A stretch of DNA of 30,825 nucleotides. It comes from a virus. Lineage: Duplodnaviria > Caudoviricetes. The DNA lies in the IMG/VR virus record IMGVR_UViG_3300032329_000628, positions 1 through 30,825 of that record; one strand, written 5' to 3'. The position numbers and the translations under genes are program-made. Positions 1 through 7,345 of this stretch are shown here, piece after piece. How positions within the stretch are numbered: position 1 is the stretch's first letter; each line of letters starts with the position of its first letter. The notes under the pieces are model-generated. The model was not told the origin of the DNA and did no database searches. It saw only the letters and a list, made by a program, of their open reading frames with translations.

Positions 1-12
1 AGTGCGCCCAAC
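1..12. repeat. Left copy of 12-bp terminal repeat (putative cos end)
   Basis: AGTGCGCCCAAC, identical to 30814-30825. Confidence 0.75.
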
Positions 13-60
13 CGCGATGGATTAGTTGGTGGAATAGATTCCTTACCCAGGGGGCGGTAT

Positions 61-354
61 CGACTATCAAAGCAATTTTCCCTCCGGTTGCATTTGTTTC
101 AATTTGTAAATTTCATCTGAGTATCTCTTAAAATAGTCGGTATAGTCGGATTGATTAACGCAACTGATTCATGGAAAGCCGTTTGACTCATCCGACGATG
201 GTGCGGAAGCATAGTCGACAAACCGACTATGATAGTCGGCACAGCACCAAAAACTAAAACACCCTCACCCTTTTCTGCTCAATCGGTGGCATTCACCGAC
301 TATCGATAGTCGGTTGCAATCGGTACACCACAGGAGGTGGGACGCGATAGTCGA
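61..354. repeat. ATAGTCG(G/A) repeat cluster in both orientations; putative replication origin
   Basis: Copies at 61(rc), 133, 142, 211, 223(rc), 232, 296(rc), 306, 347; perfect 20-bp palindrome ACCGACTATCGATAGTCGGT at 295-314; AT-rich stretch about 90-135; lies downstream of the primase/helicase genes. Confidence 0.7.
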
Positions 355-485
355 GGGTGATGCGATGCTGCGACGCCGTCGATATAACCTCTCATATATG
401 AATCCAGAATCATGTCATCTTTGTCAGTATTATGACTGGCACATCCAACCAGCAGCACGGCAATGAAAAGAAAAACCCTGTGCAT
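300..485 (-). CDS. Small putative lipoprotein
   Basis: MHR, hydrophobic stretch, then lipobox LLVG-C; the C-terminus runs into the repeat cluster. Confidence 0.5.
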   Translation of the reverse strand: MHRVFLFIAVLLVGCASHNTDKDDMILDSYMRGYIDGVAASHHPRLSRPTSCGVPIATDYR

Positions 486-532
486 GGTGGCAACCTTGCA
501 CAGCGTGATTGATACCCCCAGTGGCTATCGGA

Positions 533-1636
533 TCAGCTCACTCTCCATTTGCGGTTGTCCTTACCCCCAACACGCTCAAGCTTCACGGTTCCCAGATCGC
601 CACCGAATCGGAAAACCCGCCCATTGTATCGTGCAAAGAGCTTGGCCATCTTGGTGCGGCTTTTGGCATAGATCTCGAACTCCTTGGTCTCCCGATCAGT
701 CCGTCCGGCGATCAGTTCACTAAAGAGACCACGATCTCGGCAGATCTCGATCAGTTCATCAAAGGTCACACCGTTGCGGCATTGGAACTCAATCGCATCT
801 CGGAACAATCCCTCGGCCATCGTTTTCACCAAGGACATCATGTCTCCGGCATCGGGATCGCCAAACTCATCTGAAGACGGTCGGAGCAGCGGATCACCGA
901 ATCCGGCATACTCCACGATCCCACCGATCACGTCAGCCCAGTCCTCGAATCCCACCAGCCTCGATGAGCAGGCAGGGCGACCGGCTTGATCCCATGCCAC
1001 CACCAGAGACCAGAGCGCCGAGAGAATGCGGAAGCGCACCTCGGGACGGCTCAGGTATTCGGCGCCCATCGGACGCTCGATCTTGCGGGCCTGCGGATCG
1101 GCTTCTTTTTGGAAGAGATCGATGAAGATCGACCGACGGGCAATATCGGCAGAGACCTCGGCTTGGTTGGCCGTGATCATGACCATCGTCTGCTTTGCGA
1201 TTTCATGCTTGGTACTGGAGCCGAGGCGGCGCACCGAGACCACCGAGGACGTGGCAAACTGCTCCAAGTAAGAGGAATCGATGCGATCCTTCACATTGTC
1301 GAAGATGATCGAGTCCGATCCGGCCAGCACCTCGGAGTCGAGCACCTTCTGGAGTTCCTCCTTTTCTTCTGGAAAGGGACGCATGGCAGCATACCCGCGC
1401 ACCGGGATCTCCACGACCTGAGCTAGTAGAGATTTGCCTGCCGCTGGACCATTGGCGTTCCAGATAGTCATAGGCACCTGAGCCTGTTCCGGCAGTAGAG
1501 AGACGGCAAAGCGACTCATCATCGCGGCCACCTGACAGGCAAGGGATCGCCCTTGATCATTGGCAAATGGGAATTCCCGCAGGAAATCCCTCAGGAAATC
1601 CACAGCGGCCTCCTTGGGCATCACGTCATAGGTCAT
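533..1636 (-). CDS. P-loop NTPase, C-terminal part of a primase-associated helicase-like protein
   Basis: Walker A GPAAGKS, Walker B IIFDN; FPFA, RRLG and DIARR segments typical of phage/plasmid primase-associated NTPases. Confidence 0.8.
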   Translation of the reverse strand: MTYDVMPKEAAVDFLRDFLREFPFANDQGRSLACQVAAMMSRFAVSLLPEQAQVPMTIWNANGPAAGKSLLAQVVEIPVRGYAAMRPFPEEKEELQKVLDSEVLAGSDSIIFDNVKDRIDSSYLEQFATSSVVSVRRLGSSTKHEIAKQTMVMITANQAEVSADIARRSIFIDLFQKEADPQARKIERPMGAEYLSRPEVRFRILSALWSLVVAWDQAGRPACSSRLVGFEDWADVIGGIVEYAGFGDPLLRPSSDEFGDPDAGDMMSLVKTMAEGLFRDAIEFQCRNGVTFDELIEICRDRGLFSELIAGRTDRETKEFEIYAKSRTKMAKLFARYNGRVFRFGGDLGTVKLERVGGKDNRKWRVS

Positions 1637-1863
1637 ACGCCGGAGAGGTGACGGTTCAGATGGGCCACCTCATCGAGGGAGTCGTTTAGGTGATTCATGA
1701 GCTGCAACTGTTGTTTTTTGAGTTGCGAGAGTTCTCGCTCAAGCTGTTTGCATAACATTGGGGTATTCACATAAACCAACTGACCATTTATGTCTTGTAT
1801 CGGCGTTCTATCTGCATCCGTTCTTGGCGTGTCAGTCGTGGTCGGTGTTGTTGTGTTTGGCAT
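1633..1863 (-). CDS. 76-aa phage protein (DTPRTDA...QLERELS type) inserted between the helicase halves
   Basis: ATG at 1863 just after the 1869 stop; ATGA overlap with the 1636 start; visibly AT-richer than the flanks; coiled-coil C-terminus. Confidence 0.7.
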   Translation of the reverse strand: MPNTTTPTTTDTPRTDADRTPIQDINGQLVYVNTPMLCKQLERELSQLKKQQLQLMNHLNDSLDEVAHLNRHLSGV

Positions 1864-1868
1864 GAGAG

Positions 1869-2402
1869 TTATTCCTTCACGAGGATTTTGGTGGCGTGAT
1901 CGTAGCCAGGGCCTTGTAAAGTGAGCTTCCCATCGCGGAAGATCGGCACAGGAATGCGGGAGATCCGGCGCAGCGGACGCTGGAGTTCTCGGAACTGGTG
2001 CGATGAGAGCACGGCCTGAGCCTGCATCTTGTTCATAGAATCGGAACGGTAGACATACTCCACGCTGCTGGATCCGTCCGGGTGGGATCGCTGAACCTTG
2101 CACATCTTCACCGTTCGCAGGGATTTTTCGGCATAGGTGCGGAAGCAGTCCGCAGAGAGCAGGGCCATCCGGTCGGTGCGCGGTTCGAGCACGACCGGCT
2201 CCCCGTCTTGGAGATAAACCCCGTTGGTGCAGAGGATCTTTCCCATGTCATGGGCAAACTCAGCCAGGACACGGCCCACGCGGGGCAGTTCCACTTCGGG
2301 GTAGTTGGGATCATCTTGCCGCTTCGCAGGATCCGAGGACCTCTCGGGTGCGGGCGGCACGGGAGCCTCAGGAGAGGATCCCAGTGTTTCAGTGTGGGGC
2401 AT
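1869..2402 (-). CDS. N-terminal part of the primase-associated helicase-like protein
   Basis: Ends with PVPIFRDGKLTLQGPGYDHATKIL, a segment that in this family, as I recall it, directly precedes the FPFA region found in 533-1636. Confidence 0.7.
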   Translation of the reverse strand: MPHTETLGSSPEAPVPPAPERSSDPAKRQDDPNYPEVELPRVGRVLAEFAHDMGKILCTNGVYLQDGEPVVLEPRTDRMALLSADCFRTYAEKSLRTVKMCKVQRSHPDGSSSVEYVYRSDSMNKMQAQAVLSSHQFRELQRPLRRISRIPVPIFRDGKLTLQGPGYDHATKILVKE

Positions 2403-2425
2403 GGGTATGTAAAAAGCGTGTCAAT

Positions 2426-3619
2426 TCACCGCGCCAGATCGGCTAGGGTCGTGATGTCGCGTTCGAGTTCCACGATCATCTTGGTGAATTTCGGATTCAT
2501 GGGCTCGTAATAAGAGAGCCGGTGGACAGCCTCGGCCATCGCGCAGGCATCTTCGTCCATCGAGGCGGATCGGGCGGCTGCGACAGCATCGCGGAGGGCA
2601 TCCCGGCGAGGCGGGATATCGATGATCCGTTCTCCAAAGGGAGGCAGCGGATTCACATACAGAAGCTTCTGGAGACGATCTCCACGGTATTGCTGGGGCA
2701 GACGGGTCAGCCGGACAGCGGTCAGGGCCTTCGGATCGGCACCCATCCGGGCGAGGTGCGGCTTCATCGATTGTGCCCAGGCATCCCACTCCGACTTCGA
2801 TGTTGGGCCGGAGAGTCGGGCCATGCCGGTCCCTTGGCCTGGGACACGGATCAAGGCGTGGACCGAGCGACCGCCCGAAGAGTAGATGGCCGAGATCGGC
2901 AGCGTAGACTTGGCCAGAGCAGAGAGCCACAGGGAGGGATCCGCCTCATCGGACTCCAGCAGGGCAAATTTCCATCTCGTGATCGACTCCTCAGACCGGC
3001 GGGAGGGATTTCCCGTGCGCGGGTTGGAATGTTCGATGCCATCGACCGGATTGGAGAGGAACCACATCCCGTCGGTAGAGGTGCAGGGCAGCGACTCATC
3101 GGGCCAGACTGCCTGACCTTGGGATCGGGAATCATTGAAGATCAGCACCTTTTCTCCCGCATAAAGAAGGGCGAGGAAATCCTCCGAAGTGGTCAGGGCC
3201 GGATCCACGAAGGAACGGGCCGCAAACCAGTCCAGCCTGGGGCGAAAATCGCCAGCCGCACGGGCAAGAGCCGCCGGATCGAACTTTACCTTTTCAGTTG
3301 CAGGCAGGGGTTTCCAGTCCGATTTTAGGTTTCCAGATTCTGGTTTCCTGTTCTCTCCGAGGAGATAGCCGGTCCCCTTCGAGGAGTGGGAGTTGGCCGC
3401 GCTGCGGAGCTTGTAGGCCAGATCCCGTTCACTCCAGGCAGGAGCGCAACGGGCATTGTATTCCTGCATGATCGACATCGCATCGGATTCCCCGAGGGAG
3501 AACCCATGAACGAGGGCGCAGGCCACGGCGAAGGTGGCATCGTGGCCACCAGCGCCGGATACAGCGGCATCCATTCGGGCGACATAACGTGACGCCCGTT
3601 CTGTGATCGGAATCGCCAT
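2426..3619 (-). CDS. AEP-superfamily (RepB'-like) DNA primase with N-terminal PriCT-like helical domain
   Basis: Motifs LLESDE, SSGGRSVHAL and RLTRLP; N-terminal GGHDATF..YNARCAPAWSERDL resembles the primase C-terminal (PriCT) domain. Confidence 0.75.
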   Translation of the reverse strand: MAIPITERASRYVARMDAAVSGAGGHDATFAVACALVHGFSLGESDAMSIMQEYNARCAPAWSERDLAYKLRSAANSHSSKGTGYLLGENRKPESGNLKSDWKPLPATEKVKFDPAALARAAGDFRPRLDWFAARSFVDPALTTSEDFLALLYAGEKVLIFNDSRSQGQAVWPDESLPCTSTDGMWFLSNPVDGIEHSNPRTGNPSRRSEESITRWKFALLESDEADPSLWLSALAKSTLPISAIYSSGGRSVHALIRVPGQGTGMARLSGPTSKSEWDAWAQSMKPHLARMGADPKALTAVRLTRLPQQYRGDRLQKLLYVNPLPPFGERIIDIPPRRDALRDAVAAARSASMDEDACAMAEAVHRLSYYEPMNPKFTKMIVELERDITTLADLAR

Positions 3620-3802
3620 TTATTCTCTGACGTGCTCGCCGCAGATTTCGTAATCGTTTACTTCCGGCCAGACGACATTTTGAAATTGTTCCGGCAGCTT
3701 CCACAAATACGGTCTGGGGGCGTATCTATGACACGTTCCTTCGTCGTAAAACTTGCAATTTTGGCAACAGGAAAAACCGTACTTTTTAACTTCTTCGCTC
3801 AC
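3620..3802 (-). CDS. Small Cys-rich phage protein
   Basis: CxxCKF...CHRYAP...WP...CGE pattern; coupled to neighbours. Confidence 0.7.
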   Translation of the reverse strand: MSEEVKKYGFSCCQNCKFYDEGTCHRYAPRPYLWKLPEQFQNVVWPEVNDYEICGEHVRE

Positions 3803-4254
3803 TTGGCACCTCCTTCTTGAGATAGCAGGAAATCATAGAACTCCACCACCGGGCGGATGAGTTCACAGGCCTTTTTGCGGTCGTTGGTATTCCATCGGTC
3901 CACGTTGACCTTCCGGCGCCAGATATCGAAAGACTGTCGGATCCCTTCGATGGTCACGATGGCAGTTCCCTTCCCCAGCCCGTCGTTCAGGTTGGGTTTT
4001 TCGGTTTCTTCGGATGGTGGTAGGCCGAGCGCGAGATCGAGCTGCCGGTCGATCTTGCGCTCCGTCTCCTCGACATAGTCCTCCCCGTAATTATTGGCTC
4101 CATATTCCCTCCACTGGCGCATCCAAATCGAGGAGCACTTCTTGGCGAGTCGGATCTGATAGCCGACATCGAAGAACTCCTGACCGGAAAGCACTTCCGG
4201 AAGGACCAGACCATCAGGGCGGAAATATCCCGCCGGTGTCATTTCATTATTCAT
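3799..4254 (-). CDS. Hypothetical protein (weak resemblance to LmbU-like N-terminus)
   Basis: A/C-rich leader and GTGA coupling; GLVLPEVLS...W..W..YG...YGE pattern. Confidence 0.6.
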   Translation of the reverse strand: MNNEMTPAGYFRPDGLVLPEVLSGQEFFDVGYQIRLAKKCSSIWMRQWREYGANNYGEDYVEETERKIDRQLDLALGLPPSEETEKPNLNDGLGKGTAIVTIEGIRQSFDIWRRKVNVDRWNTNDRKKACELIRPVVEFYDFLLSQEGGAK

Positions 4255-4273
4255 TGTATGTTATGTTTTGCCG

Positions 4274-4762
4274 CTAGGCCCTGCTGCGGCGGTTAAGTTG
4301 GGCCTCCCGAAATGTGGCACGGCTCTCCTGCGACTTACGGAACTTGGTCACCGTTGTGCCCAGAATATCCGTGAATCCGATCACGTAATGGCTCACCAGG
4401 GCGCGGGTGCATCGCAGCTCCCGGGCGATCTGGGCCTGCGACTTCTTCCCATTGAGCTGGTCGAGACCGGCTGCCAGGGCGAGAGCATGAACCATCACTG
4501 GGAGATTTTTGCCTTGAAGCAGGAAAGCGATGACCCGACCAAAGGCCTCACGGTGCTCCGTGGCCACCTTCTTGTTCTCCTGTTCGTGCCACTCCATGAC
4601 ACGGAGAGCCTGCTTGGGGGTGATCCCCAGGAGATCGGCTAGGATTTCCTCCTCCGTGTCGATCTCTGCGGCCAGATCGGGGTGATAAGCCACCTCGAGG
4701 GAGTCATTCACCCAGGCATGAAAGGCACCCTCCGGGGAAGCCGAGATTCCTGTCGGGATCAT
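4274..4762 (-). CDS. HTH DNA-binding protein, sigma70 region-4-like C-terminus
   Basis: GLDQLNGKKSQAQIARELRCTRALVSHYV; start at 4762 by ATGA overlap with AAGGAGG upstream. Confidence 0.7.
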   Translation of the reverse strand: MIPTGISASPEGAFHAWVNDSLEVAYHPDLAAEIDTEEEILADLLGITPKQALRVMEWHEQENKKVATEHREAFGRVIAFLLQGKNLPVMVHALALAAGLDQLNGKKSQAQIARELRCTRALVSHYVIGFTDILGTTVTKFRKSQESRATFREAQLNRRSRA

Positions 4763-5073
4763 GGCAGCACCTCCTTGGAAAGACCAAGAGCCTTGCGGAT
4801 CCGGCAAGCCTTGTGTCCGATGGCATCGCAGAGGAAGTCCAAGGATTTGCCACGGATAAAATCCACCAGCTCCTCAGCCTCACTTTCATATCGGAAGCCA
4901 TCGATGTGGTGATAGGCGCTTTTGGAAATCCGGCCACGGAACTTGTGACCGTAGATTTCACCATGCAGACCGATCACCCCGGAGGACTGGAGTTTTCGGT
5001 AATCTTCGACGGATTGGAGAATCATGGAATGGATGAGACCGATCAGGGCATCGTCGAGGGTGACTTCCCTCAT
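4759..5073 (-). CDS. Hypothetical phage protein
   Basis: Coupled ATGA start at 5073; MILQSVEDY...FLCDAIG pattern. Confidence 0.7.
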   Translation of the reverse strand: MREVTLDDALIGLIHSMILQSVEDYRKLQSSGVIGLHGEIYGHKFRGRISKSAYHHIDGFRYESEAEELVDFIRGKSLDFLCDAIGHKACRIRKALGLSKEVLP

Positions 5074-5258
5074 CGGATCCCAATGGCCTCCTGTTTGCGA
5101 CGTTCGTTGCCGAGGGCAGTGGATTGGGAGGCACGACGGGCCGCTGAGACAATGCCTCCACGGCGTCCCAAGATGGCGCAGCACTCCCAGTAGTTTTTCC
5201 CCGTGGAATCCATCAGGGAACGCACCTTGAGCGACCAGGAGGGCGTTGGAGTCCTCAT
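5070..5258 (-). CDS. Hypothetical protein
   Basis: ATGA overlaps at both ends. Confidence 0.6.
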   Translation of the reverse strand: MRTPTPSWSLKVRSLMDSTGKNYWECCAILGRRGGIVSAARRASQSTALGNERRKQEAIGIR

Positions 5259-5461
5259 GACTGCTCCCTCCTGGCTAATTCCTCATCCTTGGACATCGGG
5301 CGCAGGCCCAGATGGGCGAGAGCCTTCCAGCACTGGGACTCTTCATAGGCGTGATGGACGCAGAGATGACGGGGGCCGACCACGACCCCCGCCACCTGTT
5401 CGCACCCGACTTCATCACAAAGAGACATCCGGCCCGTGGCCGTGCGGAGCACCCCATTCAT
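5255..5461 (-). CDS. Small Cys/His-containing hypothetical protein
   Basis: C-x4-C...CxxH; ATGA overlaps. Confidence 0.6.
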   Translation of the reverse strand: MNGVLRTATGRMSLCDEVGCEQVAGVVVGPRHLCVHHAYEESQCWKALAHLGLRPMSKDEELARREQS

Positions 5462-5553
5462 ATTTTCTCCAAAATGGGGGTGAACTTACCGATGGGACGG
5501 GTGGCCTTGACCCCCACAAAACGGAGATACCAAGCCAAAAAGCGCCGGATCAC
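5458..5553 (-). CDS. 31-aa ORF (not in track)
   Basis: GTG start, MIRRFLAWYLRFVGVKATRPIGKFTPILEKI; GTGA and ATGA overlaps at both ends. Confidence 0.5.
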   Translation of the reverse strand: MIRRFLAWYLRFVGVKATRPIGKFTPILEKI

Positions 5554-5660
5554 TCGGCACCCCCTTTGAAAAAAAAAGCGAAGAAACGGGACAAAAGGTC
5601 CGCAAACTCATCCCGACCCCACATCAGGATCAGGAAAACGATCAGGGAGATCAGGGCCAT
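5550..5660 (-). CDS. 36-aa hydrophobic ORF (not in track)
   Basis: MALISLIVFLILMWGRDEFADLLSRFFAFFFKGGAE; AAGGGGGTG upstream; coupled at both ends. Confidence 0.55.
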   Translation of the reverse strand: MALISLIVFLILMWGRDEFADLLSRFFAFFFKGGAE

Positions 5661-5788
5661 CACAGGCCACCCCCTTGCCGATATCCGGCTACACTGTGGG
5701 CTACACTAACCCGCAGACCCTGATAAACACAGGAGCTGCCCCGCATGGATTTGAACCATGAATATGGTTTTCTCTGATGGAGTTTCAT
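5660..5788 (-). CDS. 42-aa leader ORF spanning attP (not in track)
   Basis: MKLHQRKPYSWFKSMRGSSCVYQGLRVSVAHSVAGYRQGGGL; long A/C-rich leader; TGATG overlap with the 5660 start. Confidence 0.45.
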   Translation of the reverse strand: MKLHQRKPYSWFKSMRGSSCVYQGLRVSVAHSVAGYRQGGGL

Positions 5789-5854
5789 GTTTTCTCTTTG
5801 GTTGTCTCTTTTGGCGTGTTGTTTTTTTGGGTTTCTGGCTACACTGGCTACACT
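5687..5854 (+). repeat. Four GGCTACACT direct repeats, putative integrase arm-type sites
   Basis: Exact copies at 5687, 5699, 5837 and 5846: two on each side of the att core. Confidence 0.75.
5736..5762 (-). other. attP core: 3' portion of a tRNA gene, probably tRNA-Gln
   Basis: Minus strand CATGG-TTCAAAT-CCATG (T arm), CGGGGCA (acceptor 3' strand), G discriminator; A72/G73 fits tRNA-Gln; no 5' half; directly upstream of the integrase. Confidence 0.85.
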
Positions 5855-6970
5855 ATGGCGTCACTGTATAAGCGGGGCGGAAGCCCCTACTGGTGGATTA
5901 AGTACTTCAATGAGACTGGAAAGCGTGTTCAGGAGTCCACCGGACTTCTGCTTGATTCGGTTGCACAGACCCGAGAGGCCAGAAAACTGAGGGCTTCCAA
6001 AGAGATGGAGGAATGCCGTGCACCCAGATCGGATCGATCCCCGAGGGCCTTCGATGTCTGGGTGATTCCGTGGCTTACTTCCCAGAACAAGAACGACGGG
6101 ACTCTGGAAAGCTACCTGGGCGCATGGAAAAACCTTTCGGCTTTCTTTACCAAGCATGGGATCCGATCCGCCTCCGAGGTGAAGCGGGAGCACTGCTTCG
6201 CTTACCTGGACTGGCGCATCGCCAAAGGCGTCTGTCGGAACACGGCCATCCATGACCTCCGTATCCTGAGAAAAATCCTTTTTGAGGCCTATAACCGGGA
6301 GTGGATCGACCGGAATCCAGCCAGCAAGCTCGGCATTGAGCGCGATACCCCCGAAAGAAAGCCGGTCATCAGTGACGCCGAGCGAGCCAAGGTTGAGGCC
6401 AGTTTTCCCAAAAAAACCGACTGGAGGGAAATCTGCTGGACCATTGCCATCAATCAAGGCTGCCGACTGGCCGAGACCAGCCTCCCACTCTGCGATGTGG
6501 ATTTCGATCACGACCTGATCACCTTCACCCTGAAGGGAGGACGCAGGCACACCACCAAGCTCATGCCGGAGGTGAAGAAACTCCTCCTGAAGCTGAAGGC
6601 CGAGGGAGCCACCCGCACGTGGGAGTTCCACCGGCTGGCCAGCCGGGACTGGTCGCGAATCTTCGAGCGACTGGGATGCAATTTCAGCTTTCACAGCACC
6701 AGGGTGACCGTGATCACGAAGCTGGCCCGCGCTGGAGTGAACGAGCAGATGGCCCGTCGCTTCATTGGTCATGCGTCCAGCGAGATCCATGCTATTTACA
6801 CGCGGCTAGAAGCCGGTGACCTCGATTGCTGCGTGGATGCGTTGACTTCGCCTTCAGCCCCACCAACCGCTGCGACTTTGGGATCGCCATCGAAGGGTAA
6901 GCCTGCGCGAGCCGAAAACCGCCTTCAGAAAGCTCGGATTGGTCGGCCAGCCAAGCCAAGGCGTGTTTGA
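5855..6970 (+). CDS. int: Tyrosine recombinase (phage integrase)
   Basis: Arm-binding-like N-terminus MASLYKRGGSPYWWIKY; catalytic R (GCRLAE), K (LKGG), HxxR (FHSTR), GH...Y (IGHASSEIHAIY). Confidence 0.93.
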   Translation: MASLYKRGGSPYWWIKYFNETGKRVQESTGLLLDSVAQTREARKLRASKEMEECRAPRSDRSPRAFDVWVIPWLTSQNKNDGTLESYLGAWKNLSAFFTKHGIRSASEVKREHCFAYLDWRIAKGVCRNTAIHDLRILRKILFEAYNREWIDRNPASKLGIERDTPERKPVISDAERAKVEASFPKKTDWREICWTIAINQGCRLAETSLPLCDVDFDHDLITFTLKGGRRHTTKLMPEVKKLLLKLKAEGATRTWEFHRLASRDWSRIFERLGCNFSFHSTRVTVITKLARAGVNEQMARRFIGHASSEIHAIYTRLEAGDLDCCVDALTSPSAPPTAATLGSPSKGKPARAENRLQKARIGRPAKPRRV

Positions 6971-7082
6971 GCGTGGTCTTTGACCCAAACTTCATCCGGT
7001 AGCCGCAGCGGACCATTCCGCTGACATACGTCGGGCAGCGACCGAGTTGCTCGGCAAGTTGGCTTTTGTTAAGCAGTTGCAT
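6792..7082 (-). CDS. Excisionase-like HTH protein
   Basis: LLNKSQLAEQLGRCPTYVSGM; TAATG-coupled to the upstream RHH gene; adjacent to int. Confidence 0.6.
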   Translation of the reverse strand: MQLLNKSQLAEQLGRCPTYVSGMVRCGYRMKFGSKTTLKHALAWLADQSELSEGGFRLAQAYPSMAIPKSQRLVGLKAKSTHPRSNRGHRLLAACK

Positions 7083-7246
7083 TACAAGGTTTTTTCTTTT
7101 TTGGGTGACCCGTAGGTCTCCTTGATGGCCCTGCGGATCATGTCGGAAACCTTCAGGTCTTCCTCATCTGCAAGCCTGCGGAGATGCTTAAATACTGGCT
7201 CTGCAAGACGAAGGTTCACTTGTTTGTTCAATGTTATTCCGTTCAT
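7082..7246 (-). CDS. Ribbon-helix-helix regulator A (54 aa, not in track)
   Basis: MNGITLNKQVNLRLAEPVFKHLRRLADEEDLKVSDMIRRAIKETY: alternating beta-strand, two helices and the SDxIRxAI signature. Confidence 0.85.
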   Translation of the reverse strand: MNGITLNKQVNLRLAEPVFKHLRRLADEEDLKVSDMIRRAIKETYGSPKKEKTL

Positions 7247-7345
7247 TTGTACGATTGATATACAAAAATATATTTTGATACAATATAATTCTTTTGCTTA
7301 TCAAAAAAAGCTTTGCAAAAGAAATCATTGATATACATTGACAGC
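7247..7345. promoter_or_regulatory. AT-rich divergent promoter/operator region
   Basis: ATTGATATACA at 7254-7264 and 7327-7337, one beside each start codon; TTTTGATA/TATCAAAA inverted pair between them. Confidence 0.75.

Noticed and set aside
61-354. CRISPR array
   Set aside because: Repeats are 7-8 bp, in mixed orientation and irregularly spaced; no cas genes.
1637-1874. Intron or T4 gene 60-like ribosomal bypass joining the helicase halves
   Set aside because: A matching in-frame GAA lies 7 codons before the 1636 ATG, but the hop would be over 200 nt. No group I/II intron structure or endonuclease is visible, and the insert is a normal coupled ORF.
2420-2425. ATTGAC 17 nt upstream of the 2402 start as a member of the TTTGAC set
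   Set aside because: One mismatch, spacing outside 14-16 nt and located in the early operon; left uncounted.
5736-5762. Intact tRNA gene
   Set aside because: Only the T arm and 3' acceptor strand are present; no D or anticodon arm, so it is treated as attP.
5777-5854. Track's longer hydrophobic N-terminus for the integrase
   Set aside because: It translates the att arm region and the complement of the A/C-rich leader; MASLYKR at 5855 is a typical integrase start.
5861-6790. 309-aa ORF antisense to int
   Set aside because: Codon-aligned shadow frame of a GC-rich gene with no motifs; the same applies to 2522-3328, 21928-22653, 27272-27880 and similar ORFs.
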